Shown here: in pieces, positions 18,641 through 28,257 of the stretch | How positions within the stretch are numbered: the first letter of the stretch is position 1 | Layout of the letters: each line of letters starts with the position of its first letter | Virus record (IMG/VR): IMGVR_UViG_3300024265_000061 | Coordinates: 1-55,673 of that record | Origin: a virus | Taxonomy: Duplodnaviria > Caudoviricetes | DNA: 55,673 bases | Strand: one strand, 5' to 3' | Notes under the pieces: generated by a model | The model's database searches: none | The model's input: only the letters and a program-made list of their open reading frames with translations | Told to the model about the DNA's origin: nothing | Translations under genes and position numbers: made by a program

Positions 18641-21600
18641 TGTCGATGAAGATATTCCGTTTGGTCTTGGAGCAGCAGCCTTCCCGATAACCTTCTATGA
18701 TCGGCCAAATCTTGCTTTTGCCAACCTTTTGCGGGGGGATGTGGACGCTGCAACGAGAGCTATTTTTAGCCCACAAACACTTTCGCCTTCAGAAATCCAA
18801 TCGTTTCGCAATGCTCTATTCAAAGGAAAAAAGCCAGACCCAATCCTGAAAACAATTACTGATATTGCTACAAATCCTTTAGTCATAATGGGACTCGCTG
18901 CTGGTTTGATGTTCCCAATCGGCACTACAAAACCTCTACTAACCTTGGCTGCTGGATTAATCCCCAAAGCTAAAGCTATGGGGCAAGCAATGTCTTATGT
19001 TCATCCGGCAATTTATAACCTCCGCAGTGTACCGGGACTTTATCAAGCCTTTGCCGATGTTGTAAGCACTAAAACTAAGTTTCTTTCTAAGGAATTTGAC
19101 AGTATAAACAAAATATTTGGTAAAGCAGGCCGCCTCTCAAAAGCAGAGGGATATGCGGTGGCTGCGAGATTGGATGGGTTACACAAATCAAATCATGCTT
19201 TGGTTACAATGCTCGGCAGTGAACCAGAAATAGTCGCCATAATGGGCGGCAAGGGGCTACCAATAGCCCCCGGCCTCAAAGTAGGAATGCGGAAAGAAGT
19301 TTCAGGTCTCGCCGGAGGCTTACGAGGATGGATGAACAAAATTAGAACCACCCTGAAGGCTACTCCCGGGGGTGAAGAGCGAATACGAGATACCTTGGCA
19401 AAACAAGGCTTGACCTACGGTGATGACGTAAAGTATTATTATCCTCGAAATGCTCAGTTTGATAGATACCATTTGAAAGCAATACGAGCATCAACTGGGC
19501 CGAGGTATAGACAGTTTATGCGAAAAGAGGCACAAACTGGGCCTCTCCCAAAACACTCTATTGCAAGACAGGGCGGGGCGATGCCTAACATCGAACACCT
19601 GCAACTCTTAGAATCTCAGGGGGTAATTCCACAGGGCTATACCAGTGCTGCCACTAAGGTTTTCAATAGGTGGGGAGACGATGCTGCCCGAGAAGTCGAG
19701 AAAGTCTGGCGGGAAGTTCAAGGATTAGGAATGGCCTCTGGGCAAGCAGATACCGCATTTATAAATAAGATGCAATATTATTTTACAAAAGGGGCTGGGA
19801 AGAAATATGACTTTGCAGGTAGATTTGGACGCAAACATATTGCACAAGATACTCTAAAAGCTATGGCTGAATCTTTAACAGATGCTCGTATTCGGGGAGG
19901 AGATTTCTTTCAAAATGAATTACGAGAAGTAGGTCGGGTAATTGGAACCCCACGTCAATATTCCCTTGATGTTTGGGACGCAGCTAAAAGATATACTAAT
20001 TCTTCTGCGACCGTTCAGGCTTGGCATGGGTCAGGTCTTGGTAGGGAAATAAATAATATAGCCAATCAACCAGGCGTGTGGGGCAAACAGCCTTGGCTCG
20101 AATCCTATGTATATGACGACTTAGTACCTCACGTAAGAGGACTAAAATCTTGGCAAGAACTGCGGAGGTCTATCTGGTTTTCTCAGACGAAAGCTAAGGT
20201 GCATGAGTTTGTCTCTACTCATCCTATGATGGATAAACTGATGCCCACCAAAACCAAAGACTTTTTAATGAAATATACTGGTGATTTATCTGGTTCTTGG
20301 TCTGGAGAGGGGGGCGGAGCATCTATAGCTCACTGGTTCCATCTGTCAACTCTCGGAGCTAACATATCCCCAGCAAGTAAAAACTTGCTACAGACTTTCA
20401 TAACAACAACCAATGTAGTCGGGCCTCAGGGTATGATGCGAGGCTTAAAAGGTGTCCCAGGTGGAGGCGGGGCTGTAAAAAAAATACAAAACTATTTCGG
20501 TATGCTTGCAAAAGGAAAACCTTCCAAAGAAGCCTTTAGATTGGCTTTCCCGGAATACGTAAAGGATATGGGAGATGCCTCTCAGATTGTGGAATCTCTA
20601 ATCGCCGGAGATATTGCCAAGGAAGGATTAACTGGGAAATTGGTTGGTGCAGGCGGCTTAAAAAAGAAGTGGGAGATGATTAAGAAGGGGCTGTTGACGC
20701 CTTTTAGTATGTCAGAAAACTTTAATAGAATCACATCCTATTATGCTGGCCGTAATCAACATATATATCAAAATGCCCACAAATTAGCCGGAGCATCCTC
20801 CGCAGTGAGAGATCAGATATTCAATGAAGCTGGTAAGGTAGGTCAAACTCTCACTATGACGACACAGTTTACGGGGGGGCCACTTGGTATTCCCAGAGCT
20901 ATTATGAATACCTGGGCTCCTTGGCGGCAGTTTATGCACTTCCCACTTCGATTTGGAAGTTTCTTACAGGGGTCTATGCGGATGGGTGCAGACCCGTCTA
21001 AAATAGACTTAGGCACTATAGGAAGGACGCTGGCTGGCTCTACGGCGGCGTATGTGGCAGCAAAGAACCTATTAGGGGTCGATATATCACAAGGATTGAT
21101 GGTAGGAGCCTTGCCAGTACCAATGTATGAAGGTGCTCCTTTTTACCCCTGGCCGCTTGTACCCCCCGCTGCGGGGGTTATTGGTACTGCTGCTAAGGCT
21201 TTGATGACTGGAGAATCCCGGAATTTAGGGGCGACGGCGGCATTGCTGGTTCCCGGGGGAATAGCGGCCAGAAAAGCATACCGAACTCTGCATCCGAAAT
21301 ATGCGGATTATCAGAACAAAACCCCGGATGGCAGGATACCTATCTACAACAACAAACATGCTCTAATTGGGGCTATGACGCCTCTCCAACTCACTCTTAA
21401 ATCGTTAGGGCTGCGTCCCTCTGGCATCGCTGCGGAACAGGGGGCTGCCAAGTGGCTTTTGGCCCAGAGGGAGAAGATACGGGCCTATAAGCGGGACTAT
21501 CTACAGGCTCTAACTGAGAATGATAACAGGAAAGCCGAAGCCGTACAGCGGGAATTTACCAAAGCCTATCCCGAACTGGGGCCCCTACAGGTCAAGAAGT

Positions 21601-21776
21601 CCGATATTAGAGCCATTGAGAACCGACGAGAGGTTTCCCGCCTACACAGGATAGAAAAAGGACTCCCTTCAGCATACCGACCGCTATTCAGCCAAATCTT
21701 AGGAGAGGCATCTCTGGCCAATATCACACGAGATATTGATGTGGGAGATGTCGGTCTCGGACAATATTTGCAATAA
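18627..21776 (+). CDS. Large internal virion / DNA-ejection protein
   Basis: 1049 aa, helical; last gene of the structural module; STLGANISPASKNLLQ and SENFNRITSY blocks. Confidence 0.55.
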   Translation: MPKYNVDEDIPFGLGAAAFPITFYDRPNLAFANLLRGDVDAATRAIFSPQTLSPSEIQSFRNALFKGKKPDPILKTITDIATNPLVIMGLAAGLMFPIGTTKPLLTLAAGLIPKAKAMGQAMSYVHPAIYNLRSVPGLYQAFADVVSTKTKFLSKEFDSINKIFGKAGRLSKAEGYAVAARLDGLHKSNHALVTMLGSEPEIVAIMGGKGLPIAPGLKVGMRKEVSGLAGGLRGWMNKIRTTLKATPGGEERIRDTLAKQGLTYGDDVKYYYPRNAQFDRYHLKAIRASTGPRYRQFMRKEAQTGPLPKHSIARQGGAMPNIEHLQLLESQGVIPQGYTSAATKVFNRWGDDAAREVEKVWREVQGLGMASGQADTAFINKMQYYFTKGAGKKYDFAGRFGRKHIAQDTLKAMAESLTDARIRGGDFFQNELREVGRVIGTPRQYSLDVWDAAKRYTNSSATVQAWHGSGLGREINNIANQPGVWGKQPWLESYVYDDLVPHVRGLKSWQELRRSIWFSQTKAKVHEFVSTHPMMDKLMPTKTKDFLMKYTGDLSGSWSGEGGGASIAHWFHLSTLGANISPASKNLLQTFITTTNVVGPQGMMRGLKGVPGGGGAVKKIQNYFGMLAKGKPSKEAFRLAFPEYVKDMGDASQIVESLIAGDIAKEGLTGKLVGAGGLKKKWEMIKKGLLTPFSMSENFNRITSYYAGRNQHIYQNAHKLAGASSAVRDQIFNEAGKVGQTLTMTTQFTGGPLGIPRAIMNTWAPWRQFMHFPLRFGSFLQGSMRMGADPSKIDLGTIGRTLAGSTAAYVAAKNLLGVDISQGLMVGALPVPMYEGAPFYPWPLVPPAAGVIGTAAKALMTGESRNLGATAALLVPGGIAARKAYRTLHPKYADYQNKTPDGRIPIYNNKHALIGAMTPLQLTLKSLGLRPSGIAAEQGAAKWLLAQREKIRAYKRDYLQALTENDNRKAEAVQREFTKAYPELGPLQVKKSDIRAIENRREVSRLHRIEKGLPSAYRPLFSQILGEASLANITRDIDVGDVGLGQYLQ

Positions 21777-21790
21777 AAATTATTTTCCCC

Positions 21791-21819
21791 TTGACTTCCC
21801 TCCGCAGGTTTTGTATAAT
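21791..21819 (+). promoter_or_regulatory. sigma70-like promoter with CCTCCGCAG in its spacer
   Basis: TTGACT-tccctccgcaggttttg(17)-TATAAT. Confidence 0.8.
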
Positions 21820-22316
21820 ACAGAAAATGAAACACTAAATGAAACTCTATTTGAAAGGTGAAAAAGGAAAAAAGGCGACATTGTAACAGTAAATGATTTT
21901 TCATTCAGTAGGAGTGTTGAAGGTGGTAGGCTTAGTGCAAATTTCCATGCCTACCATCCTCGGTGCAGGGATAGATTTGTTGTTGTTGAAACTGGTTGTG
22001 TGTTTCCTCGCACATCAAGTCATCCTGGTTGCAACCATAACGACACGGTAATACAATCTGTTGAATCGGGCTTGGTAGTATTCATCGAAAAACGCTTCCT
22101 ACGTCTGGCAACACATACGATTACCATCGACGGGAAAAAGATTGAACTTTCCCCCGAGTCCCATGAAAATCTCAAGAGGCAACTAACACAATAAACCCTG
22201 CGGAGGTAGAAAAATGCCAAACATTGATGAATGCGGAAACAAAATCGCTGCAAAAATGAAAGATTCAATGTGGTCACGGTTCACCGACAGAATAAAGAAA
22301 TTTTTGAGGTAGAAAA

Positions 22317-22520
22317 ATGACAGACTCTTTTAAGTTAAAATTACTGCTATCCTGTTTGAGGATAACCTGTCGCTATTTCCAAGGGGACGAAGAGGTATGT
22401 GGCCTTTCAGAAGAATACAATACCAAAGCCACTGAGTATTCTGAATGGCATGTAGCCTGTAACTGTGATGGGAACATAAGCCGATGTGATTTACCAGAGA
22501 AATTTCAAATGTGTTTATAA
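22317..22520 (+). CDS. Cys-rich hypothetical protein
   Basis: GAGGT RBS, 67 aa. Confidence 0.5.
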   Translation: MTDSFKLKLLLSCLRITCRYFQGDEEVCGLSEEYNTKATEYSEWHVACNCDGNISRCDLPEKFQMCL

Positions 22521-22541
22521 AAATATTGAAAGGAAGAAAAA

Positions 22542-22772
22542 ATGAAAGTATCTCCAAGAACAAGAAAGCATAGTGAGGTTGATTTTTCTAATCTCAAATC
22601 GGGGAACGCTTTTTTCTGGCGTGGTGCTATTTGGTTGAAAGTTGACGATGGGGAGCAGGGGTGTGTAAACCTAAATACAGGAGAATGTCAATGTAATATG
22701 TGTAAGGAGCTTGTAACCTCGGTGGACGCTACCGTAACTTGGAAACGCAAAGAAACCAAAAAGAAAAAATGA
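22542..22772 (+). CDS. Hypothetical protein
   Basis: GAAAGG RBS, 76 aa. Confidence 0.6.
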   Translation: MKVSPRTRKHSEVDFSNLKSGNAFFWRGAIWLKVDDGEQGCVNLNTGECQCNMCKELVTSVDATVTWKRKETKKKK

Positions 22773-25408
22773 TTGATTTTCCAGCACATCCTGATTGCGT
22801 AAAATGTTCATTACATGAATCTGCGACAAATGTTGGCATCCCAACAAGGGAATTTGATGTCGGCCTTGCCACTCAAAGTAGGGCTTTGCTAATTGTAGGG
22901 CAGAATCCTGGTGTGAACGAAAATAAATCCACTCAAGCTAATCCAAATGGCAAGTCTTGGATTGGATATACAGGCCAACTATTGTCTAAATTTGTGGCTG
23001 TGTCCGGATTAGGGGGACTTTGCGATGTCTATGTGGCCAATGCCTGCCGGTGTCGTCACCCTCAAGGTGGTGACATATCCCAAGCACAGGTGAGAGCCTG
23101 CCGGACACATTTAGAATATGATATTCAAACATTGGCAGTGTATTATAAGGAAATAATTATCTTCGCCATCGGTGCTAAGGCGGCTTATAGTGTCACTAAT
23201 AATAGTTCATTGAAAGATACCTTTAAGAAACAAGGACAAGTCTCGGAAATATTTCCAGTAGATGTGTGTGGCCCAACATCGAACCCGATTCAAATTCGGG
23301 TTTTTAGTACATTTCACTTGGCGATGCTGCATCCTATGAGGAAACCGGCTCTCGTAAGAGCAGTCGAGGCTCACTTTGTACTTCTGCGGAGGTATCTGGA
23401 AGGCAAATTTATACCTAATGAGGAAATTGAGGAGCCGGAACTCGGAATTCCTGTTCCGAAAGAATTGCCTGATGTAGTATCCTGTGACATCGAGACCTAT
23501 GGAATTTTAGAGGGAGTAGAGCAGACGGTTTTCAATCCCATCAAGTCAAAATATATCGACGGAGTTGATTTTGCCGACCAAGTAGTTTGTGCCAATTTCT
23601 CGTGGCGAGATTCTAATTTGAAGATGCACTCCGCAGAATATGTTTTCCGCGACCGGAGACACTTGGGGATTATTAGACAGTGGTTCCAGACAATATCGCA
23701 AAGAGGAATTACTCTTGTTGGTCAGAATATTAAATTTGATTTGATGTATTTAGCCTCCGCAGATACGGAACTTCGGTATTGGATTGATCCTCGGAGATTG
23801 AAAATAGATGACACTCTAATCTTGAGTTTTCTCTTGTACGAGCAGCATCCAGAGAAAGGTCTCAAGGAACTCTCAATGTTATTCGGAGTTTCAGATTATA
23901 GCAAAGTGATGATTTCGGGAGGTTCGGGTAATGCTAAGTCCTGTTGGGATAAGGAGTTACATAAATACAACGGGGTCGATGGCGTCACCACCTTGAAGCT
24001 GCGGGAAGAATTATTGATAAGGATGACCACTCGATATGGAAAAGATTCTCCGAAACTCAGTGACGAATGTGTGTGGATGCGGAATACGATTGTATGGGAC
24101 ACCTTCGATTTGGATATGAATGGAAGTGCTTTGAACATCTCCAAACTCGAAGCGTTTCACACCAAAGAGAAAGAACGATGCCAAGAACTTCTCGAATATA
24201 CGGAGGCTTGGCATGGAATCAAACTTGCAGGGACAGGTTCAGACAAACCACTGCGGAGTTTCTTTATGGATTGCATAATGGAGGCGGAGTTACTGGGCGA
24301 CAGTCGGGTGACATATACGGAAAAGACTAAGAACATTTCCATTGGAGTTGAGAATGCGAATCTGTTGAAGAAACATTTACCTGTGGGGGAATCGCTGGAT
24401 ATTATAACTAACTTTCAGGAATTTAAGCAAAGGAGCAAAATTGTCAACACATATACAAAACCACTCCTCGAAAAGCCAAGGCGAGGTATTGTTAGGACAC
24501 TCGGAAATGTCGGTATGGTGTACCCATCGTGGTATCCTATACCAAGTTATTTTGAGCGAGGAGGTAGTTCAGATGATAAAGTCGGCGGTCAGACTCAAGG
24601 CCGATTCTCTTGCAAGAAACCCGCTCGACAAACAGAACCTCATTCAATCCGTGATTGTTCTACGTCTCGATGGGAAGGCGGGAAGTTAGCAGAGTATGAT
24701 TATAATCAAGACCATATTAGGATGGCAGCTTTGTTATCTGGTGACCCGTTGTTGATGGATATATATTTGAATCCTACTGGCAGAAGTGTTCATACTGAAA
24801 CTGCGGTCTCCATTTTTCCTGATGCCGACCCTACCGACCCCGGCTGGAAGAAAACAGATATGTATCAGGTTGGGAAAGACCTGAACTTTTTGGTTCTGTT
24901 CAAAGGGGGGGCCGGAGGGTTTCAATCATTGGTACTAAAAGAATCTGGTATTGAGATTGATATTGGATTCTGTGCTCAAGCTATTAAGACGTGGTATAAG
25001 AATCATCCGGTCTATGAGGAATGGCAAAACGGGCTGATTGAGTTGGCGGCCAAGCAGGGATACCTTGTCTTGCCTACGGGATGGAGCAGAACATTTGGGT
25101 TAGGGCCAAGTGGTGTAGCAAACTATACTGGGGAAATCTGTAATTTCATGCACCAGTGTCCTTGCAGTCAACTCTTACAGGCGGCCCACTATCAGATAAC
25201 AAAGGAATTTAGGGATTTACACCTAAAGACTTTAATATGTTTGCAAATATACGATGCCGTATTTGCCGATATTTACCCAAATGAAGAAAAAATTGTTGAC
25301 GAAATAATAATCAGAAATATGGAACATAATAAGGTTCTTGATATTTTCTACGACTGGACTTGTCGGTATGTACCTTGGCAGGTTGAACGCAAGGAGTACA
25401 AAATATGA
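22769..25408 (+). CDS. polA: Family A DNA polymerase with N-terminal family-4 uracil-DNA-glycosylase-like domain and 3'-5' exonuclease
   Basis: UDG4: CVKC, IVGQNPG, ANACRC, TFH; Exo I DIET, Exo II NIKFD, Exo III YNGVD; polymerase GRFS, DYNQDHIR, GKDLNF, LQIYD. Confidence 0.9.
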   Translation: MIDFPAHPDCVKCSLHESATNVGIPTREFDVGLATQSRALLIVGQNPGVNENKSTQANPNGKSWIGYTGQLLSKFVAVSGLGGLCDVYVANACRCRHPQGGDISQAQVRACRTHLEYDIQTLAVYYKEIIIFAIGAKAAYSVTNNSSLKDTFKKQGQVSEIFPVDVCGPTSNPIQIRVFSTFHLAMLHPMRKPALVRAVEAHFVLLRRYLEGKFIPNEEIEEPELGIPVPKELPDVVSCDIETYGILEGVEQTVFNPIKSKYIDGVDFADQVVCANFSWRDSNLKMHSAEYVFRDRRHLGIIRQWFQTISQRGITLVGQNIKFDLMYLASADTELRYWIDPRRLKIDDTLILSFLLYEQHPEKGLKELSMLFGVSDYSKVMISGGSGNAKSCWDKELHKYNGVDGVTTLKLREELLIRMTTRYGKDSPKLSDECVWMRNTIVWDTFDLDMNGSALNISKLEAFHTKEKERCQELLEYTEAWHGIKLAGTGSDKPLRSFFMDCIMEAELLGDSRVTYTEKTKNISIGVENANLLKKHLPVGESLDIITNFQEFKQRSKIVNTYTKPLLEKPRRGIVRTLGNVGMVYPSWYPIPSYFERGGSSDDKVGGQTQGRFSCKKPARQTEPHSIRDCSTSRWEGGKLAEYDYNQDHIRMAALLSGDPLLMDIYLNPTGRSVHTETAVSIFPDADPTDPGWKKTDMYQVGKDLNFLVLFKGGAGGFQSLVLKESGIEIDIGFCAQAIKTWYKNHPVYEEWQNGLIELAAKQGYLVLPTGWSRTFGLGPSGVANYTGEICNFMHQCPCSQLLQAAHYQITKEFRDLHLKTLICLQIYDAVFADIYPNEEKIVDEIIIRNMEHNKVLDIFYDWTCRYVPWQVERKEYKI

Positions 25409-25590
25409 AACAATGTAAAATTATATTTGAGCGGTACAAGAAGAATTTGTCGAATCGTCCTCCAGATGAAATCGATTTCTCCTTAGGTTTCCGGGCCGCT
25501 TTGAAGTGGCTACAGCGGGAGAACACAGATGGTTCTTGTGGAGTCAGAAAGTGTGTTCCTATGGAATGTATTCGAGAGGAGCTACGATGA
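25405..25590 (+). CDS. Hypothetical protein
   Basis: AAGGAG RBS, 61 aa. Confidence 0.5.
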   Translation: MKQCKIIFERYKKNLSNRPPDEIDFSLGFRAALKWLQRENTDGSCGVRKCVPMECIREELR

Positions 25591-26120
25591 AGCCAAGAAA
25601 ACTCGATGTGAAAATTCATCCTATCTTTACGAATTATGCCGTCACCAAAGATGGACGAGTCTGGAGCAAGCCTCGGTTAGATAAATTAGGCCGACCGAAA
25701 GGGGGGCTTTGGTTGAGGCCATTTCCAGACCGCAGGGGGTATCTATATGTAACTATTTGGAATAACAACCAATCTATTCCAAAAAGAATACATAATCTTG
25801 TTCTTGAGACATATAGGGGAAATCGACCTCTTGGAATGGAGGGATGCCATAACGATGGCAATAAAAATAACAACAAAGTATCAAATTTGCGTTGGGCAAC
25901 CCATCAAGAAAATGAACAAGATAAAATAGAACATGGAACATCAGGAAAGGGAGCACTTAATAGCCAAGCCATATTAACAGAAAAAAAAGTTAGATTAATA
26001 TTTCATGCTTACCACGATGGGACTTATTCAATAAAAGAATTAGCCAAATATTTTAAGGTAGCTTACGAGACTGTATATCAGATTGTTAATAAGAAAAGAT
26101 GGGGGCACTTATGGGCATAA
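25587..26120 (+). CDS. NUMOD4-HNH homing endonuclease
   Basis: YAVTKDGRVWS..IHNLVLETY..GCHNDGNKNNNKVSNLRWAT..EN; paralogue of the 18140 ORF. Confidence 0.9.
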   Translation: MKPRKLDVKIHPIFTNYAVTKDGRVWSKPRLDKLGRPKGGLWLRPFPDRRGYLYVTIWNNNQSIPKRIHNLVLETYRGNRPLGMEGCHNDGNKNNNKVSNLRWATHQENEQDKIEHGTSGKGALNSQAILTEKKVRLIFHAYHDGTYSIKELAKYFKVAYETVYQIVNKKRWGHLWA

Positions 26121-26701
26121 AAAAAATAAGAAAAACCGATATTTTTTGGAGATACAAAATACCAAATTTAATAACTGTCTGTGTAGATACAAGAGAGAAA
26201 TTTCCACTTTTATTCCCTGAAATTATCAGAATAGGGCATCCAGAACTCACCTATAAAATGATACCGATTCAAGTGGTAGTAAAAAGAATTGCATTGCCTT
26301 GTGGTGATTATATGCTTGAGGAATTCCCTGCGGAGTGCATCGTAGAGCGTAAGGCAAGTCAGCTTGAGATATACAAGAATCTCAATGAATCCCACGACCG
26401 CATCAGGCAGGCCAAGGCATTCAGGAAACTGGTGGCATCATGTGAGCATCCTGTCCTATTGGTTGAGGCTTCTCCACAGGAACTCTTTGCCAAAGACCCC
26501 CACATCAAGAATCCGGAGATAGTCGCCCATCGACTGTCACTCGCCATCGCAAAGTACGGTTTCCACGTTATCTTCCTGCCCTGGAAATCTCGATGTGCCA
26601 ATACCCGCCGTAAGGCCGGACATCTCCTTTTACATCTGATGATGGGATATGTACTGCAAAAAACATTCTCTGTCCCCCCGGTATTATTAGAGGAGAAATA
26701 A
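26111..26701 (+). CDS. ERCC4/XPF-type nuclease (possible resolvase)
   Basis: VDTREK..LPCGDY..IVERKAS..LLVE motifs. Confidence 0.8.
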   Translation: MGIKKIRKTDIFWRYKIPNLITVCVDTREKFPLLFPEIIRIGHPELTYKMIPIQVVVKRIALPCGDYMLEEFPAECIVERKASQLEIYKNLNESHDRIRQAKAFRKLVASCEHPVLLVEASPQELFAKDPHIKNPEIVAHRLSLAIAKYGFHVIFLPWKSRCANTRRKAGHLLLHLMMGYVLQKTFSVPPVLLEEK

Positions 26702-26801
26702 AATGAGTTTTGCTTATGGAGTTCTTGTTGCATCATTATTTTTAAGCGTTTATATTTTTATTTGTATTGGAAATTTTATTTTCCAAAAAATAAAAAAATG
26801 G

Positions 26802-26829
26802 TTGACTTTATTATGAAATATGCTATAAT
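26802..26829 (+). promoter_or_regulatory. sigma70-like promoter
   Basis: TTGACT-N16-TATAAT with TGn extension. Confidence 0.75.
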
Positions 26830-26910
26830 TAAGGGTAGATACAGGGGCAACGACGTTAAAAAACATTGCCATAAAGAACGAATGACGTGCCCCTTATTTT
26901 TAACCTCCGC

Positions 26911-26960
26911 AGAGACGGGGGTTGACGACGCAAAAGCCCGTTAGCCCCCTCTCGTTTTTT
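26911..26960 (+). terminator. Rho-independent terminator
   Basis: GAGACGGGGGTTGACG / CGTTAGCCCCCTCTC followed by GTTTTTT. Confidence 0.6.
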
Positions 26961-26988
26961 GAGTAAATACCACTGAAAAAGGAACCCC

Positions 26989-27213
26989 GTGAAAGAAGCA
27001 CAGCGTAAGCTCAAAAATTCAATCAAATCTAAACCACCTCCTATAGTCGTTGTGCCTGATAAAACCTATTTAGATGATACGGGGGAAGTAACTCCTACAG
27101 ACGTTATACTCATTGTAGACCCCATCCTCTACAAACGGATGGAAGCAGTTCTGGATGCTTGGGGGAAAGAACAAATGGGTGTCCCCGGCAAGAGAGGAGC
27201 CATAAAAGAATGA
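26989..27213 (+). CDS. Hypothetical protein
   Basis: AAAGGA RBS, GTG start. Confidence 0.5.
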   Translation: MKEAQRKLKNSIKSKPPPIVVVPDKTYLDDTGEVTPTDVILIVDPILYKRMEAVLDAWGKEQMGVPGKRGAIKE

Positions 27214-27343
27214 AAAAAACTGTTAAATTTGTATTTGGGATTTGTACTATTCCGGGAATAATTTTAGGTTTTCTTTATATAATTTTTAAGTGCAGTTTTA
27301 TGGTGGGTAAGGAATATGCACAATCTTTTGCAAGGTGGTTGAT

Positions 27344-27658
27344 ATGAGAAATCCCAATCGTGGCTCAAGTAAAGAAGTTCTGCGGAGGTTGAAAGAGGCC
27401 AGCTATGAGCGGATGCGGGTTGAGCTAAAGTGTTCCGTTGAGCTCCTTATGAAAGATTTTGGCTTTACTTGGGACGACATCGGGCGATTGTTGCAGGTTA
27501 TTGATAATCCCCGTAGTAAGAGGACGAGGGCTGAGATTGTTAGACATAGAATTATTGAGGGGCAGGTTACTCTCAAAGACCTGAACACCCTCGCCCATCT
27601 CTTTAGCTGTGAACCATATATCCTATTCAGACCTCGGCTCCCTTGGACAAAAACTTAG
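27344..27658 (+). CDS. Putative HTH (Cro/XRE-like) DNA-binding protein
   Basis: LLMKDFGFTWDDIGRLL..VTLKDLNTLAHLF pattern. Confidence 0.45.
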   Translation: MRNPNRGSSKEVLRRLKEASYERMRVELKCSVELLMKDFGFTWDDIGRLLQVIDNPRSKRTRAEIVRHRIIEGQVTLKDLNTLAHLFSCEPYILFRPRLPWTKT

Positions 27659-27668
27659 GAGAAAGAAA

Positions 27669-27860
27669 ATGACTGATGAACAAAAAGCAGCTTATATTTA
27701 TAGTCAAAGTATATGTGCTCAGATTGAAATGGAGGCGATGAAAGTCGCTAACATAGAAAAGCAGACTCCTGGAGTGAAGTATGGAGAATCTGATTTCCGT
27801 GCTATAGTCGATAGATTTGTTATCGGACATAATGATGTATTGGGAATTTTTTACCCTTAA
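27669..27860 (+). CDS. Hypothetical protein
   Basis: AGGAG RBS; MTDEQKAAYI. Confidence 0.55.
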   Translation: MTDEQKAAYIYSQSICAQIEMEAMKVANIEKQTPGVKYGESDFRAIVDRFVIGHNDVLGIFYP

Positions 27861-27878
27861 AATTTTTTCAAAAAACAC

Positions 27879-27907
27879 TTGACTTAGATTTTAGGATATA
27901 GTATAAT
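27879..27907 (+). promoter_or_regulatory. sigma70-like promoter
   Basis: TTGACT-N17-TATAAT; closely resembles the 40199 promoter. Confidence 0.75.
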
Positions 27908-27927
27908 ACTGTTTTGAAAGGTAGAAA

Positions 27928-28257
27928 ATGAAAAAAAGAACACTTAATCAAACTTGGACATTGTGCTTGCGGATGTGGCGGAGTATTTCAAAAGCAAAAA
28001 TGGCAAACCCCCGCCTATGGGTTTCTGCTCTTAAACGGCGATGGCTTCACGATAATGGGTTTAAGAATCTAAAAGGTGATTGCTTTTTCTGTGAATTTAA
28101 GAAAGAAAAAAGAGGTTGTTTTGGTTGTCCGGGGAAATTAGTTGACACTGACACTGGTTTTAACTGTTGCACAGGTAGTTATCATTATAGATACAAACCT
28201 GTTGCTTTCTACAAAGAACTCCTGCGGCTAAATCGAATACGAAAGGCCAAGAAATGA
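27928..28257 (+). CDS. Cys-rich hypothetical protein
   Basis: CFFCEF..CFGCP; GAAAGG RBS. Confidence 0.6.
   Translation: MKKRTLNQTWTLCLRMWRSISKAKMANPRLWVSALKRRWLHDNGFKNLKGDCFFCEFKKEKRGCFGCPGKLVDTDTGFNCCTGSYHYRYKPVAFYKELLRLNRIRKAKK

Noticed and set aside
26840-26945. c-di-GMP-I riboswitch (GGCAA..GACGCAAAAGCC resemblance)
   Set aside because: Spacing and the GAAA tetraloop/receptor architecture do not fit; the GACGCAAAAGCC lies in a terminator loop.
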